A DNA stretch of 64,000 nt from Tubiluchus corallicola (taxonomy: Eukaryota; Animalia; Priapulida), in assembly GCA_030141605.1 (NCBI GenBank), contig JAQGDQ010000226.1:124001-188000 (forward strand), read 5' to 3'. The notes under the pieces were generated by a model. It had not been told where the DNA came from, ran no database searches, and saw only the letters and a program-made list of their open reading frames with translations. The translations under genes were made by a program, and so were the position numbers. The first letter of the stretch is position 1; each line of letters opens with the position of its first letter. Positions 51,754 to 63,957 of the stretch are shown here, one piece after another.

Positions 51754-52447
51754 TGGCAAATCTTCAAGAACAGTCGCAGCACTTAGCATTAAAATTTTAG
51801 CTGTTGTCTCTTTTCTTACCACATTCTAACTTTAAAAGGAAAAAGGACAATATTGAAGCACGTCCAGAAAACATCTCACATAAACTTATATTACTTAGCA
51901 CTAAAAGCCTGAAAGTAGTATGTAAACAGAAAAGAAGGAAAATTCTTCCTAATTTAAAATGTTTGTGCCAACTAGTAAAATGCCACTGACCCACCAGTCA
52001 GTGAAGCTCGTGAAAGAAAAAAAAATCAGTTTGATATCTACAAAGCTACAAACCAGGTGATACGGTTGCTCTGCTTGAAAAAGAAATCAGTTTCCTATAA
52101 CAAGGCTGCAAACCAAGTGATACAGTCACTCTGTTCCTGTTTACACTGAGTGCTAAATATATGGACAGTATTGGTGCTTCTAATTTGGAATCCAGACGAC
52201 TGCACTTGTTTTAGCATGGCCACAACCACAAGCGACAAGACTATCCTTTATATGCCGCAGTGGGAGGGTGAACCTAAAGGTCATGACATAAGGACTGGAC
52301 AATTATTCCAGCCAATGCAACCAAACAAGGACTCATCAAAGCCAGGAGAGACCATTATGGACCATGGTTCTAAGGACTCGACGAGGAACTGGACTATGAG
52401 CAGCAACTACATATTCCAGCTAACCAGCACATGGACACCAGCTGGAG

Positions 52448-54078
52448 GTGAAGACACTGATCCAGAACCTGAAAATAAACTCACAGTTTTATGGTGAGGT
52501 GTTTTTCACATGTACTACATTGTTAGACTTAGACTTTGACAAATGTATTGCTAAGTATCAAAACTTTGTTGACAGATGTAATGCTGCAATTACTGATTTG
52601 AGATTTTCAACTGAAATGCTCACAGAGTTGTATGACAAGCTATCATATATTTATTGTTGTGCAGATGATAGTTCCCATTTAGATGAAGTTAAAGAATTTC
52701 TTGCTTCAAAAACTACATTGAACAGAAATTTGTCTGAACTTAGTTCTAAGATTGAAGCCAGAATTAGGTCATTACAAACCTGTCACTTGAAGGTCAGTGA
52801 ACCTGTACCTGTAGTATCAAGCATACCTGTTTCTGCTGTGCCTAATATGACATCACAGCTAAATGCTGTGAACGTTAGTCATACAAGCACTGTATATAGT
52901 AGATTACCTGTAGTATCAAGCACACCTGTTTCTGCTGTGCCTAATATGACATCACAGCTAAATCCCTGGAACATTAGTCATGCAAGCACTGTGTATACTA
53001 GATTGCCAAAATTTAAATTGCCTTCCTTTTTGGGGCGGGTGATTATGATTTTGAGGAATTTTGGAGTGTTTTTAATGACGAAAAACACTCAAGACCCGAT
53101 TTAACGGATAGGAAAAAGCTCAATTACTTGTTGGGCTGCTTCAAAGGGAATGCATATAGAATAATCAAGACGTACCGTAGAACTGCCAATAACTATCCTG
53201 CTGCTGTTGGTCACTTGATGAAACGCTTTTGCAGAATTGATCACATGGTGACAAGTTATCTTAAACAACTTGACGACATAGAACCTGCCAAAAACAACGT
53301 AAAAGATTTACGAAGGTTTCTTGATGACATAGAGGTCATTATAAGGTCATTGACACTGTTAGGTCGTCCAGTCGACGATCAATACATTGTCTCAGGCATT
53401 CTTAAGAAAATTCCCATAACTATGGGTTTTCAGCTTAGAAACCTTTGTCCAGATGCTACTCCTGGTTCTAATTGGCAATTAGAGAGATTAATAGATACTA
53501 TGTATCGGTATGTGAACAACTTTGAGATTTATACTAATGAGTCTGGGCTTCAAAGCCTTAAAGACATTTCACAGAAACCCATTAGTAGAAACAATCACAG
53601 ACCAGCATCTGTTCAGATTAAAGAAAGTGTACTTACAGCAGGCGACAGCACATTCCCTCTATACAATGCAGTTGGCAACGATGATGACATGGCTTCTAAC
53701 TCTGAGTTATCTCTCACTACATCTGCAGCTGAAAAATCAAAACATGCTAAAAGTTACAAACCAAAAGGTTCAGAAAGAGTTACTAGTAATGGTAACAATA
53801 TGCGCAAGGCAAGGAGATCACCGAATAATGGCATTGAAATGCCTTGTCTATATTGTGACAACCGAAACCATTCTTCAGGCTTTTGCAACAAATTTACCAT
53901 AACGGAAAAACTGAAAGTAGTAGAAAAGTGCAAATTTCTTTCTAGTAAACACACTGAGGTTGACTGCAAATTTACATGTTTTGTGTGTGGCCAAAAACAT
54001 CACGTTTCACTTTGTGACAAAGTTGAAAACAACAGAATTGTCGAGGCAAAATTAGAACAAAATTTACTCAGTGACACA
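52448..54078 (+). pseudogene. BEL/Pao gag (frameshifted)
   Basis: ORFs 52448-53104 and 53128-54084; motifs RLPKFKLPSF.G, YLLGCFKGNA, CLYCDNRNHSSGFC and CFVCGQKHHVSLC; internal 99-bp duplication. Confidence 0.88.
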
Positions 54079-54532
54079 CTGTAGCGGATAGCCCTATAGG
54101 CTGAATAGACTGAAGCCTAAGGCCCGGGATCAAAAGGGGCCCGGCAAAATAAAACGAAAAAAAATTGACAAAAGAGCAAGGGGCCCGCCAAAATAAAATA
54201 TAGAAAAAAGTTTTTTTTCAAAAGTCAACAATACTTACTAATAAGTATAAGAAATTAGTAAGAAACTAAAGTTACTTTCAGAGTTTCTGATTGGCTTATT
54301 TTAGTTGACATCTAACCCAGAAACTCACCAAGCTGTAATCGTGTTTATATAGTCCTAGTCCACAACTCAAGGATCAAGAAGATGTAATTTTTATCACAAT
54401 CGGTAGGCAAAAACTCACAAAATTAAACAAACTTACAAACGACGAGAGCTCCGCAAAAACACGTCAGCTCAGCAGTGTAGCAACATTTAAAAGGCCCGTA
54501 CCAAGCTCAAGCCTAAGGCCCATAAAATTACG
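54079..54532. mobile_element. hAT-like MITE splitting BEL gag from protease
   Basis: Perfect 8-bp TSD gtgacaca (54071-54078 and 54533-54540); gggccc/aggccc subterminal motifs; degenerate right TIR. Confidence 0.85.
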
Positions 54533-54540
54533 GTGACACA

Positions 54541-55100
54541 GTCATGTTTATTTCAGAAACAGAAGCTGTCCTTATGCCGACAGTTTTAGTGAGAATGTGC
54601 CACTCTGATGTCTCTAATAATTCTAATTCAGGCGTTACAGTTAGAGGTTTGATGGATACAGGTAGTAATGGCACATACATTACAGAGTCATTAGCAAAAA
54701 AGTTAAATCTGAAATTGGAAAAGCCTAGTTATGTGAATGTTTCTACATTCGCTTGTAAAGAGTATGTTCCTATACGATGTCATCAAGCAAAGGTTGCATT
54801 GTTTGACAAAAATAATTCTACTAGAATTAATATCGATGTTCGAGTAGTCCCGTTTATTGCAAAATTCAGAGGTCGCCCCTCTCTTCCAGCCTAAGTGTAC
54901 TCAAAAGCCATGGGAGGGCCAACTTGCTGACTCATTTCCTGAAGGGAACCTTGAAGGTGATGAGCAGTTATTAATTGGATGCGATAACTACCTCAAAATT
55001 CTAGGAGCAGAAAAACACGAAGTGTCACCCGGCCTCTTCCTGCATGCAAGCCTTTTAGGCTATATACTTACAGGGGTAGTTGAAAAAACAGACACCTTGG
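54541..55100 (+). pseudogene. BEL/Pao aspartic protease region (frameshifted)
   Basis: VRGLMDTGSNGTYITESLAKKLNL ... LAD ... LLIGCDNY ... LLGYILTG. Confidence 0.88.
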
Positions 55101-57514
55101 CGAACAATGAATCTATAATTTGTTCAGTAAACTCATTGTTTTGTCTTCAGCCTGAGCTTGATTGCACATTAACGGATTCATCACTGAATAGTACATTAAG
55201 TTGCTCCCAATCTGAGATACATCAAACAGGTCCAGTGTCTGTAACTGATAACTATCAAACAACACGACCAGATGTTTCGCCTGTTTCCAGTTCAGTTCCT
55301 ACACTGGCTTCAGAAGAGACGTCCCAAATACAGTCAGAAATACCCCCTAAAAAGGAAGTACTCTTTGAAAGTGGGTGTCTTAGTTCTGACATTGTCACAT
55401 GTCATAAAGCTGTTGGTAAAGTTATTAATATTAGTGACTTTTCCTTTCTGGATTGGCTCTTATTTCTCATTGCCTTCATGTTTAGAGCCATAAAAATTTT
55501 CATGTATGGAATTAAATTTCCATTTAAAATCATGTGGCTATCTTTGACACAGTATACTTATACAGAAATCAGAAAGCCAAACTCTATGAAAAATGTCCGT
55601 CAAACGATAATGATGTAATTCTGATTTCTGATTCAAACTTACCACGTGGATCTTGCAAATGTCGGAAATTTTCCACTTGTATCGAATTGTTTCTATTGAA
55701 ACCCAAGATCCACCTTAATGAAATCTACCTGTAAAATCAGAAACATTAAAGCGCCCAAAAGGCATTGCTATCAAATTTCTCCGTCCTCCTTGACAGGTGG
55801 GATAAACTCTTCCTTAGACTAGAAGAGATTGTGTAAATAAGTTTTGCATTGTTTAGTATTGCTACTGTTGTTAACATCATTTGAATAACAACTTGTTGTT
55901 GTTATTGTTAACACTGTTTGAATAGCTGCTTATTAAGTTGTTAAAATATTACTTACCTGAGTTACCTTATACTTATCTTGTGCACAAAACAGGCTCTTTG
56001 TTATAAACCTGAAAAAAATAATGATAAAAATGTTATTGATAAATTCTGTCTAATTGTGTGATAGAACATGTACAGTATAACCTACTGGGAAACCAAACAA
56101 ATGCTGTATAAACTTTATCATAAACACAAAGAGTAACCAATGCTGTATGTCATTGCTTATTATACTTGCTAATACTTGTGCATGTCCTCGGTTAGCAATC
56201 CACTAGTAATTTAAATGTAACGATTGATAAAATCGTACGCATCCTAAATCGATGCCCTTTGTTAAGAATGTGTATCCTAAATCGATACTCTGGACTCAAA
56301 TCGTCATGATGATTTTATAATCTAGAGATTGAATGTTATTTGTAGCGAAACTCGATAGAGAAATATTAAGTTTATGGTTAAGTTGTATGTAATGAAAATT
56401 GTTACGAATGTAGCGTGATAGTTATATACGAAATTACTTTGAAATTTAATGCCACTATTAAATTGGATAAAAAAAAACTTAACCCCTTTTTACGTAACCC
56501 AAATACTCCGTTTTGCAATGGTGTGATTGGTATTGTCGTGTTTGTAAATCCACGGCGCCCAAACTGCTTGGTGGCGCCATCTCATACTTAAGATGTTAGA
56601 TGTTACCGTTAAAATGATTAAGAAATGACAACAAAATTTATTTCTTGTAAAAGTTAAATGACTTTAAAGGTTAAAGTATCAAATAGTTTATGTTATTTCC
56701 AACTTCCTGGTCGGAGTGTCGTGAAGCTCACGATGTCATATGTTATTATTTTTTATTATTATGTCATATGTCATTATTTTTTATTCATTATGTCATATTA
56801 TTGCATTCTCTGGTTAAAACATTAAAAATCCCACACAAGAAATTTCAGCTGTAAAATAGGTCTATTTCTTTATATACAGTCTCAGCTTTCATTCTTGCAC
56901 TATGTAGTATGCATAGCATACCTTTCATTGAATTGCTGGCTTCCTTGCTTCATAGAAAACTTACCTGGGCAGTTGGCTCTCAGAGATCATTGAATAAACA
57001 TGTGCTGTTACTGATTTGTATAAATAAACTCACCTGTGTTCTACCTATGCTGATGTCTTTTACCTTCAGAAATTCTTCATATATATTACATAGCACTAAA
57101 AGCCTGAAAGTAGTATGTAAACAGAAAAGAAGGAAAATTCTTCGTAATTTAAAATGTTCGTGCCAACTAGTAAAATGCCGCTGACTCACCAGTTCTAAAA
57201 CGTATTTTTAATCTCAATGACAATTTATACGTTTGTTTAGTTTGTGAAGCGTGTGCTTTGATTATGTTTCTAAACTTTACCAATGTTATCTAAACTTGTT
57301 TCAAATGTTCTACCCTCAAAATGGCTGCACCTAACGGTCACTCACGTGTTTAAATTTCAAGTTTTTTACAGCGTTGCTGCTAAAACAAGCTCAGTGTGCA
57401 ATAAGGAAGCTTGTAGGTGATACGAATTTTAAGACCAGTTTTAAGCTTGTGTAGGTAAAGGGTTTTTTGTGCTTTAAAAATCTATCGGAAGCTTGTTCTT
57501 CTGCCTTATTATAG

Positions 57515-57616
57515 TGACCCTAACTGGTGGCTGGCTGAAAGCTTAAAAACTGGTCAACAAGGATGGGTGCCATTCAACTACGTCACACGTTCACATGGAG
57601 ATCTCAGTATAGAAGA
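57515..57616 (+). CDS. Src-family tyrosine kinase, SH3 exon b
   Basis: ttattatag|..|gtaaat; encodes (S)DPNWWLAESLKTGQQGWVPFNYVTRSHGDLSIE(E), in phase with exon a. Confidence 0.92.
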
Positions 57617-58128
57617 GTAAATGAATTTAAATATTTTTCTTATTTTTAGTTCTTCTTCTCCTTCTTGTTGATATATTTAGCCGTGGTTTTAATTTCATGC
57701 GTATATACAAAAGAAGTTTTTCTTAAATTAGCTTGTATGTTTCGGCTCGTTTTTGTTTGCACGAATGTATTTTTTAATAATCGCATTTCTTCCACCATGG
57801 CAAATTTTGCAACATTTCATCGTTTATGGGTACTTCATGTTGGACTTAATTACATTTATTTTCTTATTATTGTGAACGACTGAAAATCATTAAAAAACAT
57901 TTAATTTGCAATTAGATTAATAACCTGCAAAACTGCCATTGCTGTAGTAGATATGGCTTCTATCTATCTGTTACCTATTCTAAAAATGGGGTTAACCTAA
58001 TAGCAAATGGTTGCTCTAGTTTTGCTATATTCTGTTCTACGAGTTGACCTTTACAAGACATTGTAAGCAGACATCAGTTTTACCTGTATTTCTGTGGAAA
58101 CTTCGGTATCAATAAACTTCGGAATCAA

Positions 58129-58130
<2 letters not shown>

Positions 58131-58182
<52 letters not shown>
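58131..58182. repeat. (CT)n microsatellite
   Basis: Read directly from the sequence. Confidence 0.97.
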
Positions 58183-58186
<4 letters not shown>

Positions 58187-58241
58187 CTGCCTTTCTGAAT
58201 GTTGCAATGCTTACCATTTCAATTCGCTGAATTTTTCTTAG

Positions 58242-58400
58242 GTCCATTTGCTTTGTCAGTCTTGGCAGAAGACGATGAGCGTGGACTGGTTGTTGTTCAT
58301 TACAAAGTACAAGCTATTCAAGATGGCTCAAGGGGTTACTTCATCAAGCGAACAAAGCAATTTGCTGATCTAAAAAGCCTGGTGGAATTCTACAAAGGAG
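58242..58400 (+). CDS. Src-family tyrosine kinase, SH2 C-terminal exon
   Basis: tttttcttag|..|gtatta; encodes (G)PFALSVLAEDDERGLVVVHYKVQAIQDGSRGYFIKRTKQFADLKSLVEFYKG. Confidence 0.9.
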
Positions 58401-59378
58401 GTATTACTAATGTCACAATTTATTTGTTAAAAGGGAAGAAAGAGGAAATCTTTAATGTGTATTGCAAAGAAATTTCTAAACAAAGATATTACTTATCATT
58501 ACGCTTACCTGCTTGAAAGTCTTTTGTATGTAATTGTAAAAAAAATCTTGGGGAGTTAAAATATTCGCGCCACCTGGTAAGACGGCATGGCATCGCCATC
58601 CCAGTGTGCACCACTGATTCACCAAAAACATATTATTGATCCTACTGACAATATAAAGTTATTTATACTTTTACTGAGTTAGCGAAGAGTGAGCCAGAAA
58701 TGCCGTGATTATTTTTCAAACTTTACATAATGTCAACTAAGCTTGTTTAAACAGCTTTTATCCAACGTTACTGCTAACAGAACTGTGAAACCTTCAACCC
58801 ACTGACCTACACCTACACATGTCATTTGTGTTATTATATTATGTTTTTGCTAGTTGTTTATGGTTTATTTATATACGGAATGACTGACTAATTGACTGAA
58901 TGAGTAAGTGATTGACCAACCTGTTGGCTGATCAACTGACTGGCAGATTTATTGACCAAAAAAACGAAAATCTTTTAGTACTGCGCTTTTAAACAATTTT
59001 AATATAACTTTTAAGTTACGGTAGCAAGATAAAGGGAAGACCTGAAACAGGAACCAACGAACTAATTTCACTGACTATAAGAAACGAAAATGTTCTTCTA
59101 TATAAAACTCTCTTTACAAATTTACACGAAGTTTGGTTGTAAAAGCTTATGTTTTGAAGTAATCCCAAAAACTTTTACTTTAAATTCAATATTACAGAAA
59201 AAGTCAAATACGTGGCGATTTCTTCGCTTCCAATAAGTAGACTAAAAAACGTGCTCAATTCTGATTGGCTGACCTGCTAAATGCATATCACGAAGACAAG
59301 TTTTACAGGCAATTCTAAATAAGTACAACCTTAGATTAAAGGGCGAGAAAAATCTTCCGAACAGCTTATATTTGCTAG

Positions 59379-59528
59379 AAACTGGAGGGTTGCGATGTAA
59401 GTTGATCACACCATGTCCAAAGATAACACCGACCATTATGGATAACATTGATGCCTGGGAAATAGACAGAGAACTTCTGCAATTGAAGCGAAAGATTGGC
59501 AGCGGCAATTATGGCGAAGTCTATTATG
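59379..59528 (+). CDS. Src-family tyrosine kinase, SH2-linker/glycine-rich-loop exon
   Basis: tttgctag|..|gttagt; encodes (E)TGGLRCKLITPCPKITPTIMDNIDAWEIDRELLQLKRKIGSGNYGEVYY(G). Confidence 0.93.
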
Positions 59529-60035
59529 GTTAGTATAACGTGATTTTATGCAAAGTTGTAGAATTATAAGTAAAATGCTTTAATCGTTGATATAGTCAAA
59601 AAAGAAGTTAGGATCTAGAATCTAGGAAATATGATTAGTAAATTAAACTAGAATAAGATGAGAAAAATGTTTATTCGAAAAATATCACGTAATTATCTGT
59701 TAAACTAAACCTACAAATCTTTGGTGCTTTTTTGAGGCGAATAAAATGAAATGAATGAGAAGCCAGGTTTTTTCACTTTGTGAATGTAGTTTATTTCAAA
59801 TGTCAAATCAAGTTACTAGTACTGTATTATAAAATGACGCGGATAAAGATAAATAATAATAAAGACAGGCCAGCTGTACACATTTTTCAGGGCAAATTCT
59901 AGAGTTGTTATAAGAATAATCTCTTTTGTTTTGGTCAGTTAACTGCATGAGCAAGGTGGTCATGTACTATTGAGGACTTAGGTGCCACACTATAATGAAA
60001 GGTAGTCCTGGTCCACAAATGCCTACGTATTGGCA

Positions 60036-61380
60036 GTCTTGGACCACAGAGTACGTAGACATTGTTGCAAACTTGTCTTGGACCACAGAGGATGTAGACA
60101 TAGTTGCAAGGTTGTCTTGAACCACAGAGGATGTAGACATAGTTGCAAGGTTGTCTTGAACCACAGAGGATGTAGACATAGTTGCAAGGTTGTCTTGAAC
60201 CACAGAGGATGTAGACATGGTTGCAAGGTTGTCTTGGACCACAAAGGATGTAGACATAGTTGCAAAGTTGTCTTGAACCACAGAGGATGTAGACATAGTT
60301 GCAAGGATGTCTTGAACCACAGAGGATGTAGACTTAGTTGCAAGGTTGTCTTGAACCACAAAGGATGTAGACATAGTTGCAAGCTTGTCTTGGACCACAG
60401 AGGATGTAGACATAGTTGCAAGGTTGTCTTGAACCACAGAGGATGTAGACATAGTTGCAAGGTTGTCTTGAAACACAGAGGATGTAGACATAGTTGCAAG
60501 GTTGTCTTGAATCACAGAGGATGTAGACATAGTTGCCAACTTGTCTTGGACCACAGAGGATGTAGACATAGCTGCAAGATCGTCTTAGACCACAGAGGGC
60601 GTAGACATTGTTGCAAGCTTGTCTTGGACAACAGAGGACGTAGACACAGTTGCAAACTTGTCTTGGACCACAGAGGGCGTAGACATAGTTGTAAGCTTGT
60701 CATGCACCACAGAGAACTTAGACATAGTCGCAAGGTTGTCTTGGACCACAGAGGACGTAGACATAGTTGCCAACTTGTCTTGGACCACAGAGGATGTAGA
60801 CATAGTTGCAAGTTTGTCTTAGACCACAGAGGGCGTAGACATAGTTGCAAGCTTGACTTGCACCACAGAGGACGCAGACATAGTTGCAAACTTGTCTTGG
60901 ACCACTGAGGATGTAGACATAGTTGCAAGCTTGTCTTGGACCACAGAGGACGTAGACATAGTTGCAAGATCCTCTTGGACCACAGAGGACGCAGACATAG
61001 TTGCAAGCTTGTCTTGGACCACAGAGGACGTAGACATAGTTGCAAGATCCTCTTGGACCACAGAGGACGTAGATATAGTTGCAAGATCGTCCTGGACCAC
61101 AGAGGATGTAGACATAGTTGCTAGGTGGTTGTCTCAGACCACAGAGGACGTAGATATAGTTGCAAGATCGACTTGGACCACAGAGGACATGGACATAGCT
61201 GCAAGATCGTCTTGGACCACAGAGGACGTAGACACAGTTGCAAGATCGTCTTGGACCACAGAGGACTTGGACATAGTTGCAAGATCGTCTTGGACCACAG
61301 AGGACGGAGACATAGTTGCAAGGTTGTCTTGGACCACAGAGGATGTAGACATAGTTGCAAGATCGTCTTTGACCACAGAA
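60036..61380. repeat. Minisatellite, 39-bp unit, ~34 copies, in a Src intron
   Basis: Unit gtcttggaccacagaggatgtagacatagttgcaaggtt, which explains the many 13-aa-periodic ORFs. Confidence 0.97.
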
Positions 61381-62000
61381 GGCTTACATTTTACTTCAAG
61401 GTGATGGTACAAATCCAAAATGATAGAAGGTGATGGCAGCATTTTTCTGAATTTGGTTGGTCGGCATTTCAGGAAATGATGAATTTGTTGGGATAGTTTG
61501 GTTGGATCAGTTTTTCCTGAAATGCTGAATTTGGCTTGCCATCTATAAGGGATAATACTTTGGACATGCCTGCTCACAGGGAAATTTGATGGACAGTTGC
61601 CTGAAATTTCTGTCTAACTTTGTAATGTTTTTGCATAAACATCAAATAAGTTGCAAAAGTTTGAATAAATTTAAGCAGCTCACGCTTCCCAAAGGCCATG
61701 GTGTGCTTACGAAAAGTCACGGAGTCCACCAATTAAAGTTTTTTTGGAGTTGAATTGTTTTAATTTGATTCCCAGTTCCAGGCAAGGTTTTGGGTTGATC
61801 CTTAAATATCTTTTGAAGTGCGTACTCAATCAAGATCACCAGGGCACATATTCTCTAAAATCTGCCCCCTCCCACTTGCCCACAGAGTTTCAGTTTTGTT
61901 TGATTGCTTGGGTTTAGAAAGATAGTTTCTTAATTAAACAAGTAGGCCTACTCGATTTTTGAATCCAATCCCGTTTTATAGAAATGTAATTTTGTTTTAG

Positions 62001-62159
62001 GTATCTACAATGGTCACATCGAAGTTGCAATTAAGACAATAAAAACAGGTACCATGACGACTGCAGAGTTTCTCGAAGAAGCACAGACAATGAAACATTG
62101 CCGCCATGATAAACTGGTTCAGCTCTATGGAATCTGTAGTGACGAACCAGTCTATATTA
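62001..62159 (+). CDS. Src-family tyrosine kinase, N-lobe exon
   Basis: tttgttttag|..|gtaagt; encodes (G)[52 protein letters not shown]. Confidence 0.95.
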
Positions 62160-62486
62160 GTAAGTAGACTTATTTGAGTAACTCTGAATGCTGCTCCATT
62201 GCTGCTACGGTTGGACAACAAGTGTTATTCATCTAGTAGAATTGCTAGCATCAACGTTAATCAGAATGCATGACGATGTTGCTCTTGCTTCTGACAGTCT
62301 TTCCAGTGTTGCAGAACAGTTTTGCGCAGTGCTATTCCATGCTGTGAGAGCACTAGCAACTGCAACAGGACGCATTTCTCTTTAAACTTAATCCCGTAGC
62401 TGTCCGTTATTGCTTTGTTTTTGTTGTTGTTTTTGCTATTGTTGTTGTCCTTACTGTTGTTGTTGTTGCTGCTGTTGTTGTTACCT

Positions 62487-63865
62487 TGTCGTCGCTCAGC
62501 AATGTTATCACGACCCCTTTTCTCGATAGAGTGATCGTATAGTTATCTAGCCGTATCGAGTGATCATGAATTAATTGATTTGTTTGTTATATTAGATTTT
62601 ATCGATTCGCTTCACGTTCGCTCTTAGGTAATTAATCGAATGTCAGTTACCTGACTCCGAGGGCTTTAGTTAAGTCGCTAAGGCAATGATCTTGTCCTTC
62701 ACGACTTTCACTTCGACCTTGCGTTGTGAGTGAGGCCTATATCCCTCAAGTTTACAAGCTTAGCTCCCGCAATTGAGCTCTTTAAGTACAGTGCGAATCT
62801 CTCAAGTTCGTATCTAGGATTTAGCGATGCGTATGCAATTTACTGTTAATGCTCTTAATCATTCCAGAACTCAATGTCTGCGTTATTACAGCGAACAGAC
62901 TTTATTCAATTACAATTACACTTTATCAACTCTGGCTTTACTTACAAGATTTGGTCTTATACGCCGGTGGGCACATACAACTAAAGTATAGCTCCAGAGA
63001 AGATGCTATTCACTTTAAGTACTAACAATTTCGATATGCTGCACCGAGGGTGCTTAATACAACATAACTGTTACAGCTATTCAGATACCGATACAAATAA
63101 GTTGAACCACTTAACTTGTGGATTGACCAATGTACCCCTACACTTGGTCAAATCCTGATTGCTTTTCGAGACTACGCTGCACCAGTGCTCAGTCTTTGGC
63201 TAAGTACGTAGAATCCTATCCACGCTGCGCACAACGCTGCTTCTCGTCTTGTAGAAGCTTGTCTCGTACACACGGTATGGTAGCAAACCACTTGTCAGAC
63301 TCCCTCGCTCGTGTCACCCTGTCGTGTGTGTCTAGGTAACTTTTCCTAGAGCTTATATTTCTGAGAGTTGACCTTCGAGATATTGCACCATATGGCAACA
63401 TCTGCTGACATTCGCTACCTCCCGGAGAGCGACTTCTGATTTTACAATCAGTAATGAGTTTCTTAAATTCCGTTGTCTTTGAGATTTTCATACCGTCTGG
63501 TCGGCATAACTTTTGATTCTCCTTCTAATGTCGCTGAGCACTGCTACGAGACCTTGGATGCCATCATTAAATTATTTCTACGCGACAACTTAACGCTCTA
63601 GACCTTCTCCTAAATATCTCCTACTCTGCATGTATTCCAGTTAAACAATAGTGTCATTCTCGAACACGACACCTGCACTTTCTGTAAGTCGTGTGACAAT
63701 TCTAACTCATTAGATTCGAACTGCCAGCTGGGTGAGTTTCTTGTTCAACCGTGTAAATTTATTTAACGAAATCAGGGAGGCGTGAGTTTATCAACTGAAT
63801 CTAATTCAACTGATAACTCCATTAATTATCTACTAAAATTCATATTCCTAAATTTATTCACAACA
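62487..63865 (-). mobile_element. Solo LTR (~1.38 kb), same family as 45043-46584, reverse orientation
   Basis: Its reverse complement starts tgttgtgaataaatttaggaat versus tgttatgaataaatttcggaat; shared blocks include atgatcttgtcc, cccgcaattga and gcgaatctc; probable TSD acct/acgt. The left boundary is less certain. Confidence 0.8.
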
Positions 63866-63957
63866 ACGTCATTGCTCGTCATCGTCATTGTTGCTGGAAT
63901 TCATAAAACTCCTGTTATTGTACAAAAGTGACGATTTCCAGCTTTTCTGATTTAAAG

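Larger units (their letters stand above)
51885..57193 (+). mobile_element. Internally deleted BEL/Pao LTR retrotransposon in the Src SH3 intron
   Basis: ~110-bp direct repeat (51885-51997 and 57081-57193) from truncated LTRs; PBS-like ttggtgct at 52171; gag (RLPKFKLPSF, DUF1759-like, Cys/His knuckles); protease LMDTGS; integrase C-terminal remnant DVILISDSNLPRGS; ggtcggag|TGT at 56717. No RT, RNase H or integrase core. Confidence 0.9.

Noticed and set aside
59967-61577. Long ORFs up to 292 aa (HRGCRHSCK, MSTSSVVQD repeats) as genes
   Set aside because: They are by-products of a 39-bp (multiple of 3) tandem unit, open on both strands inside a kinase intron.
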